DNA of 63,951 bases, filler included, from Dicyema japonicum (GCA_011109175.1; 7 parts of 7 records of this genome joined end to end with filler, not necessarily neighbours in it); one strand, 5' to 3'; positions 37,771 through 51,260 are shown, counted from the whole stretch's first letter. Numbers and translations: made by a program. The notes: generated from the letters alone by a model not told the origin.

Positions 37771-38944
37771 ATCGGAATAAGGTTTCCCTCAATACTACTA
37801 CTCCGATATATATTATTTACTTGTAATGAAGCACGTGCTTCCTATAAATTTTGGTGTTAGTTATTTACCTCTGTCCTTCAAGTTGAGAAAACCGGTGGTT
37901 AACGGAGGCGTTAAAGACGGCTTTCTTACAGATCCGATAAGGTGCGATGTGGTCAGCAATGTTAATCGTCGAGAATTACTGGTGTGAAGAAACTGAAAAT
38001 CCGTCCTCGATGATAATAAAATTCTTCTGTAGAAAGGCAGAAGCATTCTCCGATAATCTAAATTTGAGTATTATTGACTTCATGACGATCCCTCAACTTC
38101 TCAATGATGATCATATTTACTCTATATTTATGGAAATTCATGAGGACTACAAACAAGTGACTGAATCCGAATTATACAAAAGTAGTCAAATCTTATAGTT
38201 GCTTTAAAAAGTATTCAATTAAGTTTTTTGATAGAAAAGCTAAAGAAAATGGTGGAGAACACAGGTGTCGAGAAATATTCATATGTTGGAGGTACTATAA
38301 GTTTGGTAAGGTGAAGGCTGAGAATGGGTGAAGTGAAATGAGAAATCGACATCGTTTTTAAAGGATTTCCGTTGATGCGATGATTTAGGTAGTTCATCAG
38401 CAATTATTGTGTCCAATTATTTAAAAAGCTGATCTGACGGGGAGTCACTATAATGATCTCAAAACAGGGGAAATTCTTCGTCTTCTTTCTTTAGGTGAGC
38501 ATAAATGTACCTACAACTCGGGAGACATCGGAAACCTGAAGTTTTGAATTGAAGGGCATCAAGTATATAACTTTTTTGTGTTTGAATTATCGGGTAAAAA
38601 AAATTTGAAGAATTTGGGCAAGAAATATCTGACTGGGTTCAACAGTAAAAAAATAACTAGTCTTCCATGGTTGCAGATGCAAAGAAAAGTTCTCTTAATT
38701 TTTTCGATCTCAATTTAGTGTTTGATGGAATGTCGACTCTTTTTAGGGTTTGTTTTATTAACAAAATGTTTCATGAATTTGTTTAGATCCATCTTGTGAT
38801 CAAGTTCTCTTTCTTACTGTCAGCGTTTTTAATGTCTCCACATCTTGAAAAGTGAACCATTTTTGTTCATGGCAGTAGATATGTAGCTCGTTTCCTTTTT
38901 TGTAAAGGTTTTGCACTTTCAGAGATCTCCGTGTGCAATACTCA

Positions 38945-39430
38945 GATCCTGTTAATAGCGTCTCTTGTTAGATGAGTCTTATGTTTAGTCAATTCATCCG
39001 GCGATGTGGTAGAGTCTTTGTCATTGTACGGGGTTCGTGTATTAGTCTTTGGGTGGTTCAAAATGGACAGAATTTCCAGTTGGGAAAGAATTAGATTCCC
39101 CCTTGTGTCTGAAGGTTGTTTCCCATACCACGAAGGGTGTTTGGTGTTAAAGTCCGTTGACACCAGCAAGTTTTCCACATGATCGAGGTCAGACAAATCC
39201 ACGGAAAATCCTTTGTCACAGGATCCTAGAGGGGGAACATAGATGTTGTTGATAACAATGACTCCGAGAGTGTGTAACGATAGCCCAATAACTTCTGTGT
39301 TTGTGGAACACAATTCCTTTCCTGACAAAGGTCAATAGACCCCCGCCGCGGCCCGATGGTTGATCCGCTCTCAATACGTTGAATCCATGGAATTTTGAAG
39401 TAGTGACACTTCCAGAAAGCTTCGAAGATT
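38945..39430 (-). mobile_element. Non-LTR retrotransposon APE endonuclease fragment (Jockey/I-like)
   Basis: RADQPSGRGGGLLTFVRKGI, NIYVPP, DFNTKHPSW, TTSPD. Confidence 0.8.
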
Positions 39431-39735
39431 CCGTTCGACGTCGCCAGAAGTGACGAGTCTCCACCAGAAAAATGCTCGTACTTGAAAGAAGTGCCATCGA
39501 GGGGGAACTCCTCTTGATGGTCTTATTATTTATTAGAGTTGGGAGAAACGTCCTGAAAAAATTAATAAAAAAAGGAGGAAGGGTCCAGGTGTGGAGTCCA
39601 AGCCTTATGGTAGGACTCAGATGTAATACCCTCCAGAAAACTCCTTAACTCTTTTGTTAATAAATCGTTGTTAGTGTTTATCAAAGAGGGACGATCAGAT
39701 ATCACACATAAATACATTAAAGGAGTTCATAACAG

Positions 39736-40425
39736 ATGGCCTTAACAAAAAACCAGGACAGAAAAAGACGATTGTATGCTGAATTGATTTCCAGAAGGCT
39801 TTTTTCGAGGAAGATTATCACGCATAAAATATATTCGTCGAACATTGACGCAAACCTGAAATTATGGTTGGGAAATTTCTTGAGTAGTCGACGAGGACGA
39901 GTACATTATGGCAATCGATGTTCCGTATCGAGACTATTAGCAAATGGCTTTCATTAGGGCTCCCCATTATCTCCCCTCTTGTTTAACCTTATGATGAATG
40001 ACTTGTTTCTCTCACAGGGGGACAATGACATATTATTAACGTATGCGGATGATATAGTCAATGCTTCGAGGAATGTGAGTATTATCGAAGCAACGAGAAG
40101 AATACAGGACAATCTGAATAAACTAAGTTTACTGCAACGAATTAGGACAAGATCTGCAACATTCTATGAAGGCAGCAAACCTACTACGGAAATATTCCCG
40201 TGTGGAAATCCTGCTTAGAAACCTTGAAAATATGATAGAGGCGACTGGAACAGTGCCCCTGCGAAGGACTCGAGTATGCGGACACCGTCCATATCGGAAA
40301 TGCGCAGGAACGCAGTCGGAACACCGAGAAAAGATACGAAGACTGTTGAGGGAGGCGGGATCATCTGAATTTTGTTTATTTTGGATATGACGGTGGTTTT
40401 CTGGTTCAATAATAATAATAATAAT
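39736..40425 (+). mobile_element. Non-LTR RT fragment with (TAA)n tail
   Basis: WLGNFLSSR, GSPLSPLLFNL, YADDI; AATAATAAT tail at about 40408-40425. Confidence 0.75.
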
Positions 40426-40496
40426 TTAAAATCGTTTATATTTTTTTAAAATTAAATTTTATATAATATCTAACGAAAGTAGTTTTTGTAGCACTA

Positions 40497-41099
40497 ATGG
40501 AGGTGATTTCCCTCTTCAATTTAGAATTATGATTCCAACAAACAGAATTCTGAAGCCACGTGTAGACTCATCTTAAATTTCATGTACAAAGAATTAATTT
40601 CTGACGAAAATTATATAGATGACAATCCATTTGAAAAATTGCACGTGGATTTTTACTTTAATTAAGAAAAAATTCAAGAGAAAGTCATTTTTTTCGAAAA
40701 AACTCCACGTGGGTGACTTTGTCTCCAAACTTTTTAATTTTGTTGATTTTCGCTACGAATACGTGATTATCTCCTCAGTAGAGAATTCAATACACGTGCT
40801 AGATATATCTCAGCAGAATATCCAGAGTTATCAAACTGTCGAGTAGAACATGGAATCTCGTGTTGTTTGGATGTCTAATTTTGGCTTCCAAAGTATTCGA
40901 GGATCTCTCCGTGTGGAACTCCGACTTTCTGGGAATACATAAGGATCTGAAGATCTCCGATATGTTTGCCTTTGTAAATTTATTCAGAAATGAAATAGAA
41001 AGCCAAATTTTACAAATTATCAAATTCGATACTGATTTCAGCATGGAGGAGTTTTCTGCCTTCAGTATTAAGTTTGGTAGGCAGTCGGGGGTGACTTAG
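40497..41099 (+). CDS. CCNY: Cyclin Y-like protein with micro-introns
   Basis: Spliced: NPFEKLH|...FVSKLF...EYVIISS|IYLSRI...WNLVLFGCLILASKVFEDLSVWNSDF...ISDI|NEIESQILQIIKFD, matching the cyclin Y core (LLASKVWDDQAVWNVD...NELERQFL). Introns include 40778-40802 and 40964-40987; start and 3' end uncertain. Confidence 0.8.
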
Positions 41100-43140
41100 G
41101 TTGGTCTTGGGTTTTAAATTCAGTCTTGACGTTGGTGAGTTGTACTTTGAAAGTGTTCATTTTTAGTAAGTTTATTGATTCTGGACTATTATAGTCTTGG
41201 GGTGTCCGTACCAAAAAACTAGCTACCACTATTGTTGGGATGTCGTTAGTACCCCCTATTAATAACTAAATCCAGTAAATTATCATTAGTAGCTTTTCAG
41301 TCCAAATTGGAGGTAAGCAACCTCCTTCACTTGGAAGAAGAGTTTGCCGCTCACTATATTCCCCATCTCCACCTTAGTCTCAGTCATTGTATCTCTGTTA
41401 GCATTCAATTGAATCACGATAAGCACGTGCCAGTTCCACAAGCTTCCTGGAAATAGAGGCAAAATCTTCATCGGAGATCTGTGCTTGTGTTCAATTAAAA
41501 TGCTTTTCACAAAATCTGATTGGGTGTAACAAAACTAATGAATTACTCAATTATGGCAACAGTCACTTATAAAATGAATGAACATGGTATTCTGAAAGTT
41601 GCGAATGACCGCGGAAAGTGGAATCGCTTAGTTAGTTTAATAGTTTCTAACACTGCACAGGTGAAACTAATTTGGATTCAATGAAAAAGGATTTGAAAAC
41701 CCCAGGAAACAGTTAGTGAATGAAAACTCCATTTATTCTGAATACACATAAACCTTAGTTTTCTATTATCAATCTTAGTTACTTAAATTAAGTTAAATAA
41801 GTCAAGTCCATAAATGAAGGATTGATGATTTCTCATCATGACATTTTTACTAATGCATTTGACGTCAGTAGTTCAGTCACGCATGGGGTCCTCCAAAAAT
41901 AACAGAGTCATGTCTCTACAATTTCTAGAAAAGACCTTGACCACAGGAAAGCAATGGGAATATCAAATCGCTAATTAGTAGATCTAGCATTTTTTTCACT
42001 GTAGGTTATTATCATCATACAAATAATCACATTGACTATCATATACGTGAACTTCAGATAGATGATCCCCCCAAATTCTTTCAATCCCAGAATCCCGATC
42101 CTACGCCANCTTCAGTATTAAGTTTGGTAGGCAGTCGGGGGTGACTTAGGTTGGTCTTGGGTTTTAAATTCAGTCTTAGACTTTGGTGAGTTGTACTTTG
42201 AAAATGTTCATTTTTAGTAAGTTTATTGATTCTGGACTATTATAGTCTTGGGGTGTCCGTACTAAAAAACTAGCTACCACTATTGTTGGGATGTCGTTAG
42301 TACCCCCTATTAATAACTAAATCCAGTAAATTATCATTAGTAGCTTTTCAGTCCAAATTGGAGGTAAGCAACCTCCTTCACTTAAAAGAAGAGTTTGCCG
42401 CTCACTCTATTCCCCATCTCCACCTTAGTCTCAGTTATTGTATCTCTGTTAGCATTCAATTGAATCACGACAAGCACGTGCCAGTTCCACAAGCTTCTTG
42501 GAAATAGAGGCAAAATCTTCATCGGAGATCTGTGCTTGTGTTCAATTAAAATGCTTTTCACAAAATCTGATTGGGTGTAACAAAACTAATGAATTACTCA
42601 ATTATGGCAATAGTCACTTATAAAATGAATGAACATGGTATTCTGAAAGTTGCGAATGACCGCGGAAAGTGGAATCGCTTAGTTAGTTTAATAGTTTCTA
42701 ACACCGCACAGGTGAAACTATTTTGGATTCAATGAAAAAGGACCTGAAAACCCCAGGAAACAGTTAGTGAATGAAAACTCCATTTATTCTGAATACACAT
42801 AAACCTTAGTTTTCTATTATCAATCTTAGTTACTTAAATTAAGTCCACAAATAAATGAAAGATTTATGATTTCTCATCATGACAATTTTACTAATGCATT
42901 TGACGTCAGTAGTTCAGTCACGCATGGGGTCCTCCAAAAATAACAGAGTCATTTCTCTACAATTCCTAGAAAAGACCTTGACCACAGGAAAGCAATGGGA
43001 ATATCAAATCGCTAATTAGTAGATCTAGCATTTTTTTCAATGTAGGTTATTATCATCATACAAATAATCACATTGACTATCATATACGTGAACTTCAGAT
43101 AGATGATCCCCCCAAATTCTTTCAATCCCAGAATCCCGTC
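41060..43140. repeat. Tandem duplication of about 1.05 kb joined at a single N (42109)
   Basis: 41060-42100 is repeated at 42110-43140 with scattered differences. Confidence 0.9.
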
Positions 43141-44280
43141 AATTCATCTTCCAACTTTCTGATGTTCATCTCCAATTCTTCCACCTTTATCGTTTTTTTG
43201 TTGAGTTCATTCTCCAGCTTTGTTTTAGATTCCTTGGCTTCCAATGTCATCCTCTGGACAAGCCCTTCCATCGTTTCCTTTTCCTTGGAAGCTTCCTTTA
43301 ATTCACTAAGAATTTCCTTGTTCTCTTTTTCGAGCTTAGAAGAGAAGACTTTCATGTCTTGATGGGTCACTTCTAGTTTTTTTAAGTCACGTGTGAGATC
43401 CTTGCATATACTCGACTGTGCTAAGACTTCCCTGTTCAGGGCGTCCCTCTCGTTCTGAAGAGACGAAAGATGACTTTGAGTTTGCTTCAAATCCTGGGAG
43501 AGACTCGAAACAGATTCTTTCGATTTCGTCAATTCGGTGTTCATAATTGACAATTCACCCTCATTTTCCTTATTTTTTGCCAAACTTGACTTTAACTGTT
43601 TCGCCAAATTACAGTTTTCGTTGCTAAATTTAGTTTACGGGAATACGAAATCATTGTAATATGCAATTCCTGATCTTTTACGTCCCCAGCCAACCTTTGC
43701 TTGTCGCCTTCCAATTTTCCAACTTTTATCCTCAAATTCTCAGCCGTCTGCTCCATCTCACTGCAAATATTAATGTTTTTTCGTCTTGGATCGGTTACCC
43801 CCAAAGTTACTTTAAGTCCTCAAGTTCTACCTGTAATCCTTCAACCTCTGTCTTTGACTTGTTTTTGACAATATCAAAGTCGGATTTGACTTTTGCGAGT
43901 CCACTCCTCAACTCACAGTTCTCGATCTCCGTGTTTTCCAAACTTTCCCTAACAAACGCCAGCTCATTGCTTAGCATTATATTCCCTTTACTCAAACTTG
44001 CATTTTTCTAAACTATCTGTGGTTAATTTACATTTTTTGACTTTGAAAACTGTTTTTCCTTATCCTCGAGAGACTTTTCTAGACTTTCCCTCAGAATGTT
44101 CGCATGGCTGATTTTTGCTTCCATTTCCTTAAGTTTCTTTGTGTTTTTGTCATTTTCTGCTTTTAGAGAATCTATTTCCTTCTCCAAGACTTCCTTATTT
44201 TTTGTGTGTTCTGAATTTTCTCTCTTAATCAGTCTGATTTTGTCCTCGAGTTGGTCGACGTGAGCCTCCAACATCCCCTA
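43122..44280 (-). CDS. Long coiled-coil protein, partial, with micro-introns
   Basis: Heptad-rich E/K/L ORFs join in frame after removing 24-, 26- and 23-nt GT-AG introns (SKN|KNAS, EDLK|RKN, MIS|NEN); 5' end lost at the gap. Confidence 0.7.
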
Positions 44281-45039
44281 CACTATATTTACACAATTTN
44301 NNNNNNNNNNNNNNNNNNNNNNNNNNNNNNNNNNNNNNNNNNNTTAATTAATTAANNNNNNNNNNNNNNNNNNNNNNNNNNNNNNNNNNNNNNNNNNNNG
44401 TGAGAATTAGCAACTCATTAATCGAGGTCCGTTGAGATAGATGAGTCTATCGAAATAAGTTTTGGCATGAGTACGACTGACTTGTTTGTCTATGATAAAC
44501 CAAGTGAAAAACTGTGTATGATCTTCTTTCCGAAGGGTTAGATAAAATATTTGAAGGCCAAGATTTTTATTAGTCACTTCATATTTATAACTTCTCCCAC
44601 CTGCCAAGTCATGGAATATATGATTAATAAAAATAATTTATTCCAAAGACAAATGGTAAAACCAAACTAACTCCATGATCCTGACGAGTTCTATAACTCG
44701 TCACAGGTAACGAAAGTGTTCCCCTGTAGAAATAATAGTTGAATCGATTTGAATGCCGCCCAGCCATTAGGCGACCCACAGTTTGAAGGTGGGTCTACTA
44801 GCGCCATCATAATAAAGGAAGGTTTTTTTTTATCAATAGCCACATAGCATAACATTGCGCCACGTGGCCTGTAAAAAGAAAACTATCAAGAAATATTAAC
44901 TTTTAATTTTAAGTTAACTTAAATTTCCTATTTTATGTTATTTTTTATTTAGTTATTAATAAAAAATAAAAATCACATAATTTAAAAGTTTAAATGATTT
45001 ATACATTTAAGAAAATTATTAATACATTTACAGGAAGAG

Positions 45040-45350
45040 TGCAGTGGACGTCACCTGCACCGACACATTTGCCCAATACAACCTACATCAGAGTGCCACT
45101 GTATCCTGTTCTGCCGCTGAGAAGGCCGGAAAGTTAAAAAGGGCAAAGTAGCTGGTCCTAATAAATTATTTATTGTTCCCGCTCGCGGTTGAAACGTCTG
45201 GTTCACTTGAGCATGCGACGCTTGAATTCCTGAGTTGTCTAGGGAATCGGATTATTAAAGGAACAGTAGAAGATCCCTGTGAGCATTGCTGCTTATTTGA
45301 GTGCTCGCCATCCTGATAGTGAATAGCCACACGGTCAGAGCGGTCGCTGT
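45040..45350 (+). mobile_element. CRE-like RLE endonuclease fragment
   Basis: WDVTCTDTFA-like, SAAEKAGKLKRAK, AVETSGSL; homologous to 28173-28487. Confidence 0.75.
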
Positions 45351-46248
45351 ATAACCTTTTTGTTTAATTTACTATGTTTTAACAAAAATCAATTTAAACA
45401 AATATATTGAATGTAAAATAATTTTATTTGGTGCTTAGATGTTATTGTCTTGTCATGAGAACTAAGAGGGAATTATTCAAACAAAAAAGAACAGAATTAC
45501 AAAAGAATGACAAGAATTTGTTAAGAAAATTACCATTTGGGGAGTTTGAGGGATGTATCCATGAATATATATGAATTATTCAAACAAAAAAGAACAGAAT
45601 TACAAAAGAATGACAAGAATTTGTTAAGAAAATTACCATTTGGGGAGTTGTGAGGGATGTATCCATGAATATATATATAAATAACATCCTCTCCGATTTC
45701 AATCTTCTGCTCTCATGTGCCTTCGGTTTTTCAAAAATTACCAAAATAGTTAAATGTGTTTGGAGACATTTTCTTTGGTTCTAGTTAAATTCATCGCCAC
45801 GTGGTTTCTTTAAAGAAAAGGTCAAAATTTTGATTTTTATATTATCATTAAAATGTGATTTTGGAGATTAATTTGACGATATGAGTCACGTGACCAGATC
45901 CAAGATAGAAGAAAATTAAAAACTGGCCAGATCCAAGACATAATTCCCATATTGTTAATTGTATAAATTAATATATACTGAGAATACTCCAATGCCAGAA
46001 ATATACAAGTGGAACTGACATGTCGTGAGGTCATTAGACTGAACGAAGATATAATGGCAGACTTTAATATTGAGATAGAGAATAAAAGGAAATTAGCAGC
46101 AAACTCTTCTTTTAAGAGAAGGAGAAAAATTACATACGATCTGGATTAAATCGTTTAATAAATCACAGTTGAATACTTCAATAAGTTTGACCAGAAAATA
46201 CTTGTTATTGATCAAATTAATACAACAAAATACAAAGTACCTTAAAAA

Positions 46249-46582
46249 CAGGGTTGTTAGATTTAAATCATTAAAAATCATTTAAATGTTTTTAATCTCT
46301 GGAAGAAAGTTTGATGCCTTGTGGGTTCACTTCGACAAACGTATTATTCCTGGAAAGACCGGGAGTCGAAATGCCGTAATTGCGGGAAGGAGGTACAAGT
46401 TCTCGTATCTCGGATGAGGCAGATCATTTGTTATGTCGAACTAATATTTATATCCATAAAAATCCGTCGAAACCTGATAGTGATTTTATCAGCGAATTCC
46501 GTCCAAGGATGAGGGACCAGTCTTTAATCAATTTCGTTATTAACGACGACGTCATCGAAAAAAAAATTTGATTGATATGCAA
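46249..46582 (+). mobile_element. hAT 5' fragment, same family as 13392-14615
   Basis: CAGGGTTGTTAGATTTAAATC terminus; CRNCGKEVQ BED finger. Confidence 0.85.
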
Positions 46583-46799
46583 ACACCTCCAGGGCTCGAA
46601 AGAACTTGAACAGGCCTCATAAATCAAAATATTAACAAGGAGAAAGGAAATGATCACTATTCTGGAAGGATGTTAAAAAAATGTCAATAATAGAAAAAAT
46701 TGATTTTGGTAAGAGATATGGACAAGAAGGAAGCAAAGTGTTAACATTGAAAAAATAACGAGCGTTGATATTCCAACAAACAAGATGAAACTGACACAC

Positions 46800-46977
46800 T
46801 TTCCTCCCACTCTAACACTCTCGTCAGATCTCAGATATGTTACACAATAACGCCATCGCATTAAGCTCCTCCATCTCCAAAGGTAATACGTTGAAATCTC
46901 CATTTGAGCAAATATGGGAAATATTACAATTGTAAACATGTACATTCCTCCTACCAGCTCCTGCCAAAATGAGTTTA
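46800..46977 (+). mobile_element. Non-LTR APE endonuclease fragment
   Basis: ITIVNMYIPPTSSC; runs into a gap. Confidence 0.55.
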
Positions 46978-47777
46978 NNNNNNNNNNNNNNNNNNNNNNN
47001 NNNNNNNNNNNNNNNNNNNNNNNNNNNNNNNNNNNNNNNNNNNNNNNNNNNNNNNNNNNNNNNNNNNNNNNNNNNNNNNNNNNNNNNNNNNNNNNNNNNN
47101 NNNNNNNNNNNNNNNNNNNNNNNNNNNNNNNNNNNNNNNNNNNNNNNNNNNNNNNNNNNNNNNNNNNNNNNNNNNNNNNNNNNNNNNNNNNNNNNNNNNN
47201 NNNNNNNNNNNNNNNNNNNNNNNNNNNNNNNNNNNNNNNNNNNNNNNNNNNNNNNNNNNNNNNNNNNNNNNNNNNNNNNNNNNNNNNNNNNNNNNNNNNN
47301 NNNNNNNNNNNNNNNNNNNNNNNNNNNNNNNNNNNNNNNNNNNNNNNNNNNNNNNNNNNNNNNNNNNNNNNNNNNNNNNNNNNNNNNNNNNNNNNNNNNN
47401 NNNNNNNNNNNNNNNNNNNNNNNNNNNNNNNNNNNNNNNNNNNNNNNNNNNNNNNNNNNNNNNNNNNNNNNNNNNNNNNNNNNNNNNNNNNNNNNNNNNN
47501 NNNNNNNNNNNNNNNNNNNNNNNNNNNNNNNNNNNNNNNNNNNNNNNNNNNNNNNNNNNNNNNNNNNNNNNNNNNNNNNNNNNNNNNNNNNNNNNNNNNN
47601 NNNNNNNNNNNNNNNNNNNNNNNNNNNNNNNNNNNNNNNNNNNNNNNNNNNNNNNNNNNNNNNNNNNNNNNNNNNNNNNNNNNNNNNNNNNNNNNNNNNN
47701 NNNNNNNNNNNNNNNNNNNNNNNNNNNNNNNNNNNNNNNNNNNNNNNNNNNNNNNNNNNNNNNNNNNNNNNNNNNNN

Positions 47778-48960
47778 GAAGATGTTATGGATTTTTTCAT
47801 GATTTGAAACTCAGAAGTACTGTTTGCAGTAGAAGTGCCGCAATTATTCAAGCTGAAATTTCAGAGAAAACACATTTGGCATTAATTGAAGAATTTCTAA
47901 GGCACAAGTATTCTGTGTGCGACATTTCTGATTTGGATATAAATTGATGTCGAACATGCAAAAAGGAGGTTTATGAATCAAATAAGATTGAAGAGTCTTC
48001 ATTCCGTTATTTATAAAAATTTGTTGGAGGATTATGTGAATATAGAGCATTCCTTTCAAAATAGGAATCTGTTCTTTGGAGAACAAAATGCAATGTGCAC
48101 CCATTGTAAAAAATGGAAGAAGACCGTAGATCATTGTGCCGCAAGGTGTGAAAAGATATTACATGGGGATTATGTAAGAAGACATAACGAAGTCGTGAGG
48201 TGTCTATATTTTCACTTTTGCAGAGAGTTTGGTTTCAAAAACGAGAAGAAACTGAAAACTCATTCAGTGCAATCCATTGTAATGAATGACTCATTTGAAA
48301 TCAGAGTTGACACTTTTATCAAAACGGACATAATTATTGAGCATAACAAGCCAGACTTGTTCGTTTTTGATATAAGGAGAAACAAAATTATCTTGGTCGA
48401 AGTGGGAATAACATCATCCCAAAATCTACAGCAGGTGGATGCGAAAAGCTGAGGAAGTATGACCTTGGAGTTGATACACAATGCAGAGGTCAAGATTGTC
48501 TCAATTGTACTCACTTGGGATGGCCTAGTGACTTCACATTCGTTGAAGTATGCCAGATCTTTGAATTTAAGTGAAAGAACGTATGCATATGTTCAATAGC
48601 TGATACACAATGCAGAGGTCAAGATTGTCCCAATTGTACTCACTTGGGATGGCCTAGTGACTTCACATTCGTTGAAGTATGCCAGATCTTTGAATTTAAG
48701 TGAAAGAACGTATGCATATGTTCAATAGCTGGTAATCAAGAAGACTTTGGAGAGTATGATTGTATCATATAGGAACCAAGTCGACGTTTCGCGGCGTTAT
48801 GATAAACTTAACGAAGGGATAAAAGATATTTACTCTCGGTCTGATTATGAAGAAATTCAAGAGAAGAGTGTGAGCTAAGTGAAGTCAATGGACTGTGACA
48901 ATTGGGTTTACCCCCATAGTTGCTCGAAGAGGAAAAGACTTGGATAGAGAAAATTTTAAT
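47778..48960 (+). mobile_element. R4/NeSL-like (RLE) non-LTR retrotransposon 3' part
   Basis: CTHC...TVDHCAARC CCHC finger, YVRRHNEV, HNKPDLFVFD...LVEVGIT PD-(D/E)xK endonuclease. Confidence 0.85.
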
Positions 48961-49014
48961 TTGAATTAACCTTTTAAAATAGTAAAATAATAATTTGTTG
49001 AATAAAAAAGTTAT

Positions 49015-49651
49015 TTATGTTAAGGTAATAATGCTTCCAACATTGAAGCTATGGAAAAATGTCTGCGTTTAAAGAAAAAATTTCACTATGGAGGAGAAAA
49101 ATACAAAATAACAACGCTTCAATGTTTCCGATGGTAGAAAATAAGATTGGTAATAATGAACCTGAAAATGGTTTTCTTCTTTGATTGTTGATCATTTCGA
49201 AAATTTTGAAAATAAAATTGGAGATTATTTCCTAGTTACTGAACCAATTGCGACTTGGATAATACACCCTTTTATTCCGGAAACCAATAAATTAATTTAC
49301 GACGGCCAAGAAATTGAAGAAATTGATTTCCAAGAACAGTTGATTGAATTGCGAAATTCGCAGTTTTGCAAGTTGACATTTAATTCGCATTCGATTATGG
49401 AATTCTGGATTTCTGTTATTAATGAATATCCAATCTTAAGTAAAAATGCACTGAAAGTGATAATTTTCTTTCCAACCACTTATTTATGTGAAATGGTAAT
49501 GTCTTGTTTTGTTATTCTGAAAAGTAAAGTTTGCAACCGAATTAAGGTGGAATACGATATGAGAATGGCACTTACCTCAATTGTACCAAAAATTGAACAG
49601 CTAGTTTCTGAAAGCAGGATCAAAAATCACACTAACTCTAAATATTATGAT
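49015..49651 (+). mobile_element. hAT (Buster/Charlie, ZBED5-like) transposase C-terminal fragment
   Basis: EFWISV..EYPILSKNAL...FPTTYLCE...LKSK..NRI..EYDMR dimerisation domain. Confidence 0.88.
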
Positions 49652-49919
49652 NNNNNNNNNNNNNNNNNNNNNNNNNNNNNNNNNNNNNNNNNNNNTTAAT
49701 TAATTAANNNNNNNNNNNNNNNNNNNNNNNNNNNNNNNNNNNNNNNNNNNNTTCTAATTATATTATGTCCTAGTCCGAATAAAATACACGCCGAATAATC
49801 TACACTTGTCACAAATGGCCGAAAAAAATAGAAATTTAAAAAATTAGTCTGACAGAATAAATAATTGATTATTTATTTTTCTAGAATCACATAATTATTT
49901 TTTACTTAAAAAAGCGTGA

Positions 49920-51260
49920 AAACATGCGTGTAGTGAGACTGTATAAGGAAACACTAGAAAAAATCAAGAAATGAAGAACCCCAACTTTGATACATCTTCA
50001 ATCGATCGGCATGAACGATACAAGCTTACAAAATTGGGAAGGAATTTCCATTTTGAAAATGGAAAAACATATTTTCAAAAGAATGGGATAAAATTACGTT
50101 TTTTCTGTGAAGATGAACTCGAATTAAAGCTTAAGTGCGTTGAGGTGCAACTTAATAAATAAAAGTTAGGAGGAACNCAAGAATTGAAGAACCCCAACTT
50201 TGATACATCTTCAATCGAGCGGCATGAACGATACAGGCTTACAAAATTTGGAAGGAATTTCCATTTTGAAAATGGAAAAACATATTTTCAAAAGAATAGG
50301 CTAAAATCACGTTTTTTCTATGAAGATCAACTCGAATTAAAGCTTAAGTGCGTGAGGTGCAACTTAATAAAAAAAAGTTAGGCGGAACATAACTATAACC
50401 AATTTGGGAGAGACCGCCTTTTTTCAAAATTAAGAAATCTTTATTATGGATTGAATAGAGAGGAAATCTCTAATGTGATTTCGAATTGTTAGCCTCAAAA
50501 TTGTTTTGGACGATATCGCGAGTGCATAAAAGATATCGTTTGTGATTACAACAATACCATCCATTCTTTTACAAACAAATCTTGTTCTACATATTTATCG
50601 GTGTTGAAAATTCTGAAAGAATCGATGAATAAGAAATGGAGCAACTTTTAGCTTATGATTCGATGGGATTATCAGAGGCACAAGAAAGTGCGTTAGAAAA
50701 TTTAATTATTGCNATTGTTCGTCTAAAAATTGTTTTGGACGATATCGCGAATGCATAAAAGATATCGTTTATGATTACAACAATACCATCCATTCTTCTA
50801 CAAAAAATCCAGTTCTACATATTTATGGGTGTTGAAAATTCTGAAAGAATCTATGAAGGGGAAATGGAACAACTTTTAGCTTATGATTCGACGGAATTAT
50901 CAGAGGCACGAGAAAGTGCGTTAGAAAATTTAATTATTGCTGGCGAAAAAATGATTGAAAAAAAAAATGGAGATACGACGAAGAAAATATCGTTGTTGGA
51001 ACCACTGTGCTTTTAAGGTCTCAGCGTCAAATTAATTTTTAGACAGGACAACGATGTCAATGTTCGNCTGTGCTTTTAAGGTCTCAGCGTCAAATTATTT
51101 TTTAGACAGGACAACGATGCCATTGTTTGGCAGTATCCACTGTACGATAGACCTTATGTTAATAAGTATATTGTTGTCGAGCGAACAAATGATCTCTATG
51201 TTATCGAAAAGGAGGACTAGGAATGATTACATGGAATTCATATTTCTCGATTAGCTAAAA
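49920..51260 (+). mobile_element. Second Ginger-type integrase relic, catalytic core deleted, with a micro-intron
   Basis: KCVE|EH NYNQFGRDRLFSKLRNLYYGLNREEISNVISNC finger after a 25-nt intron (50145-50169); IVCDYNNTIHSF; VVGTTVLL GPY/F-like region; broken by N-joined overlaps. Confidence 0.6.

Noticed and set aside
17311-44280. Stop-codon reassignment as the cause of fragmented ORFs
   Set aside because: GT-AG micro-introns with frame changes explain the breaks under the standard code.
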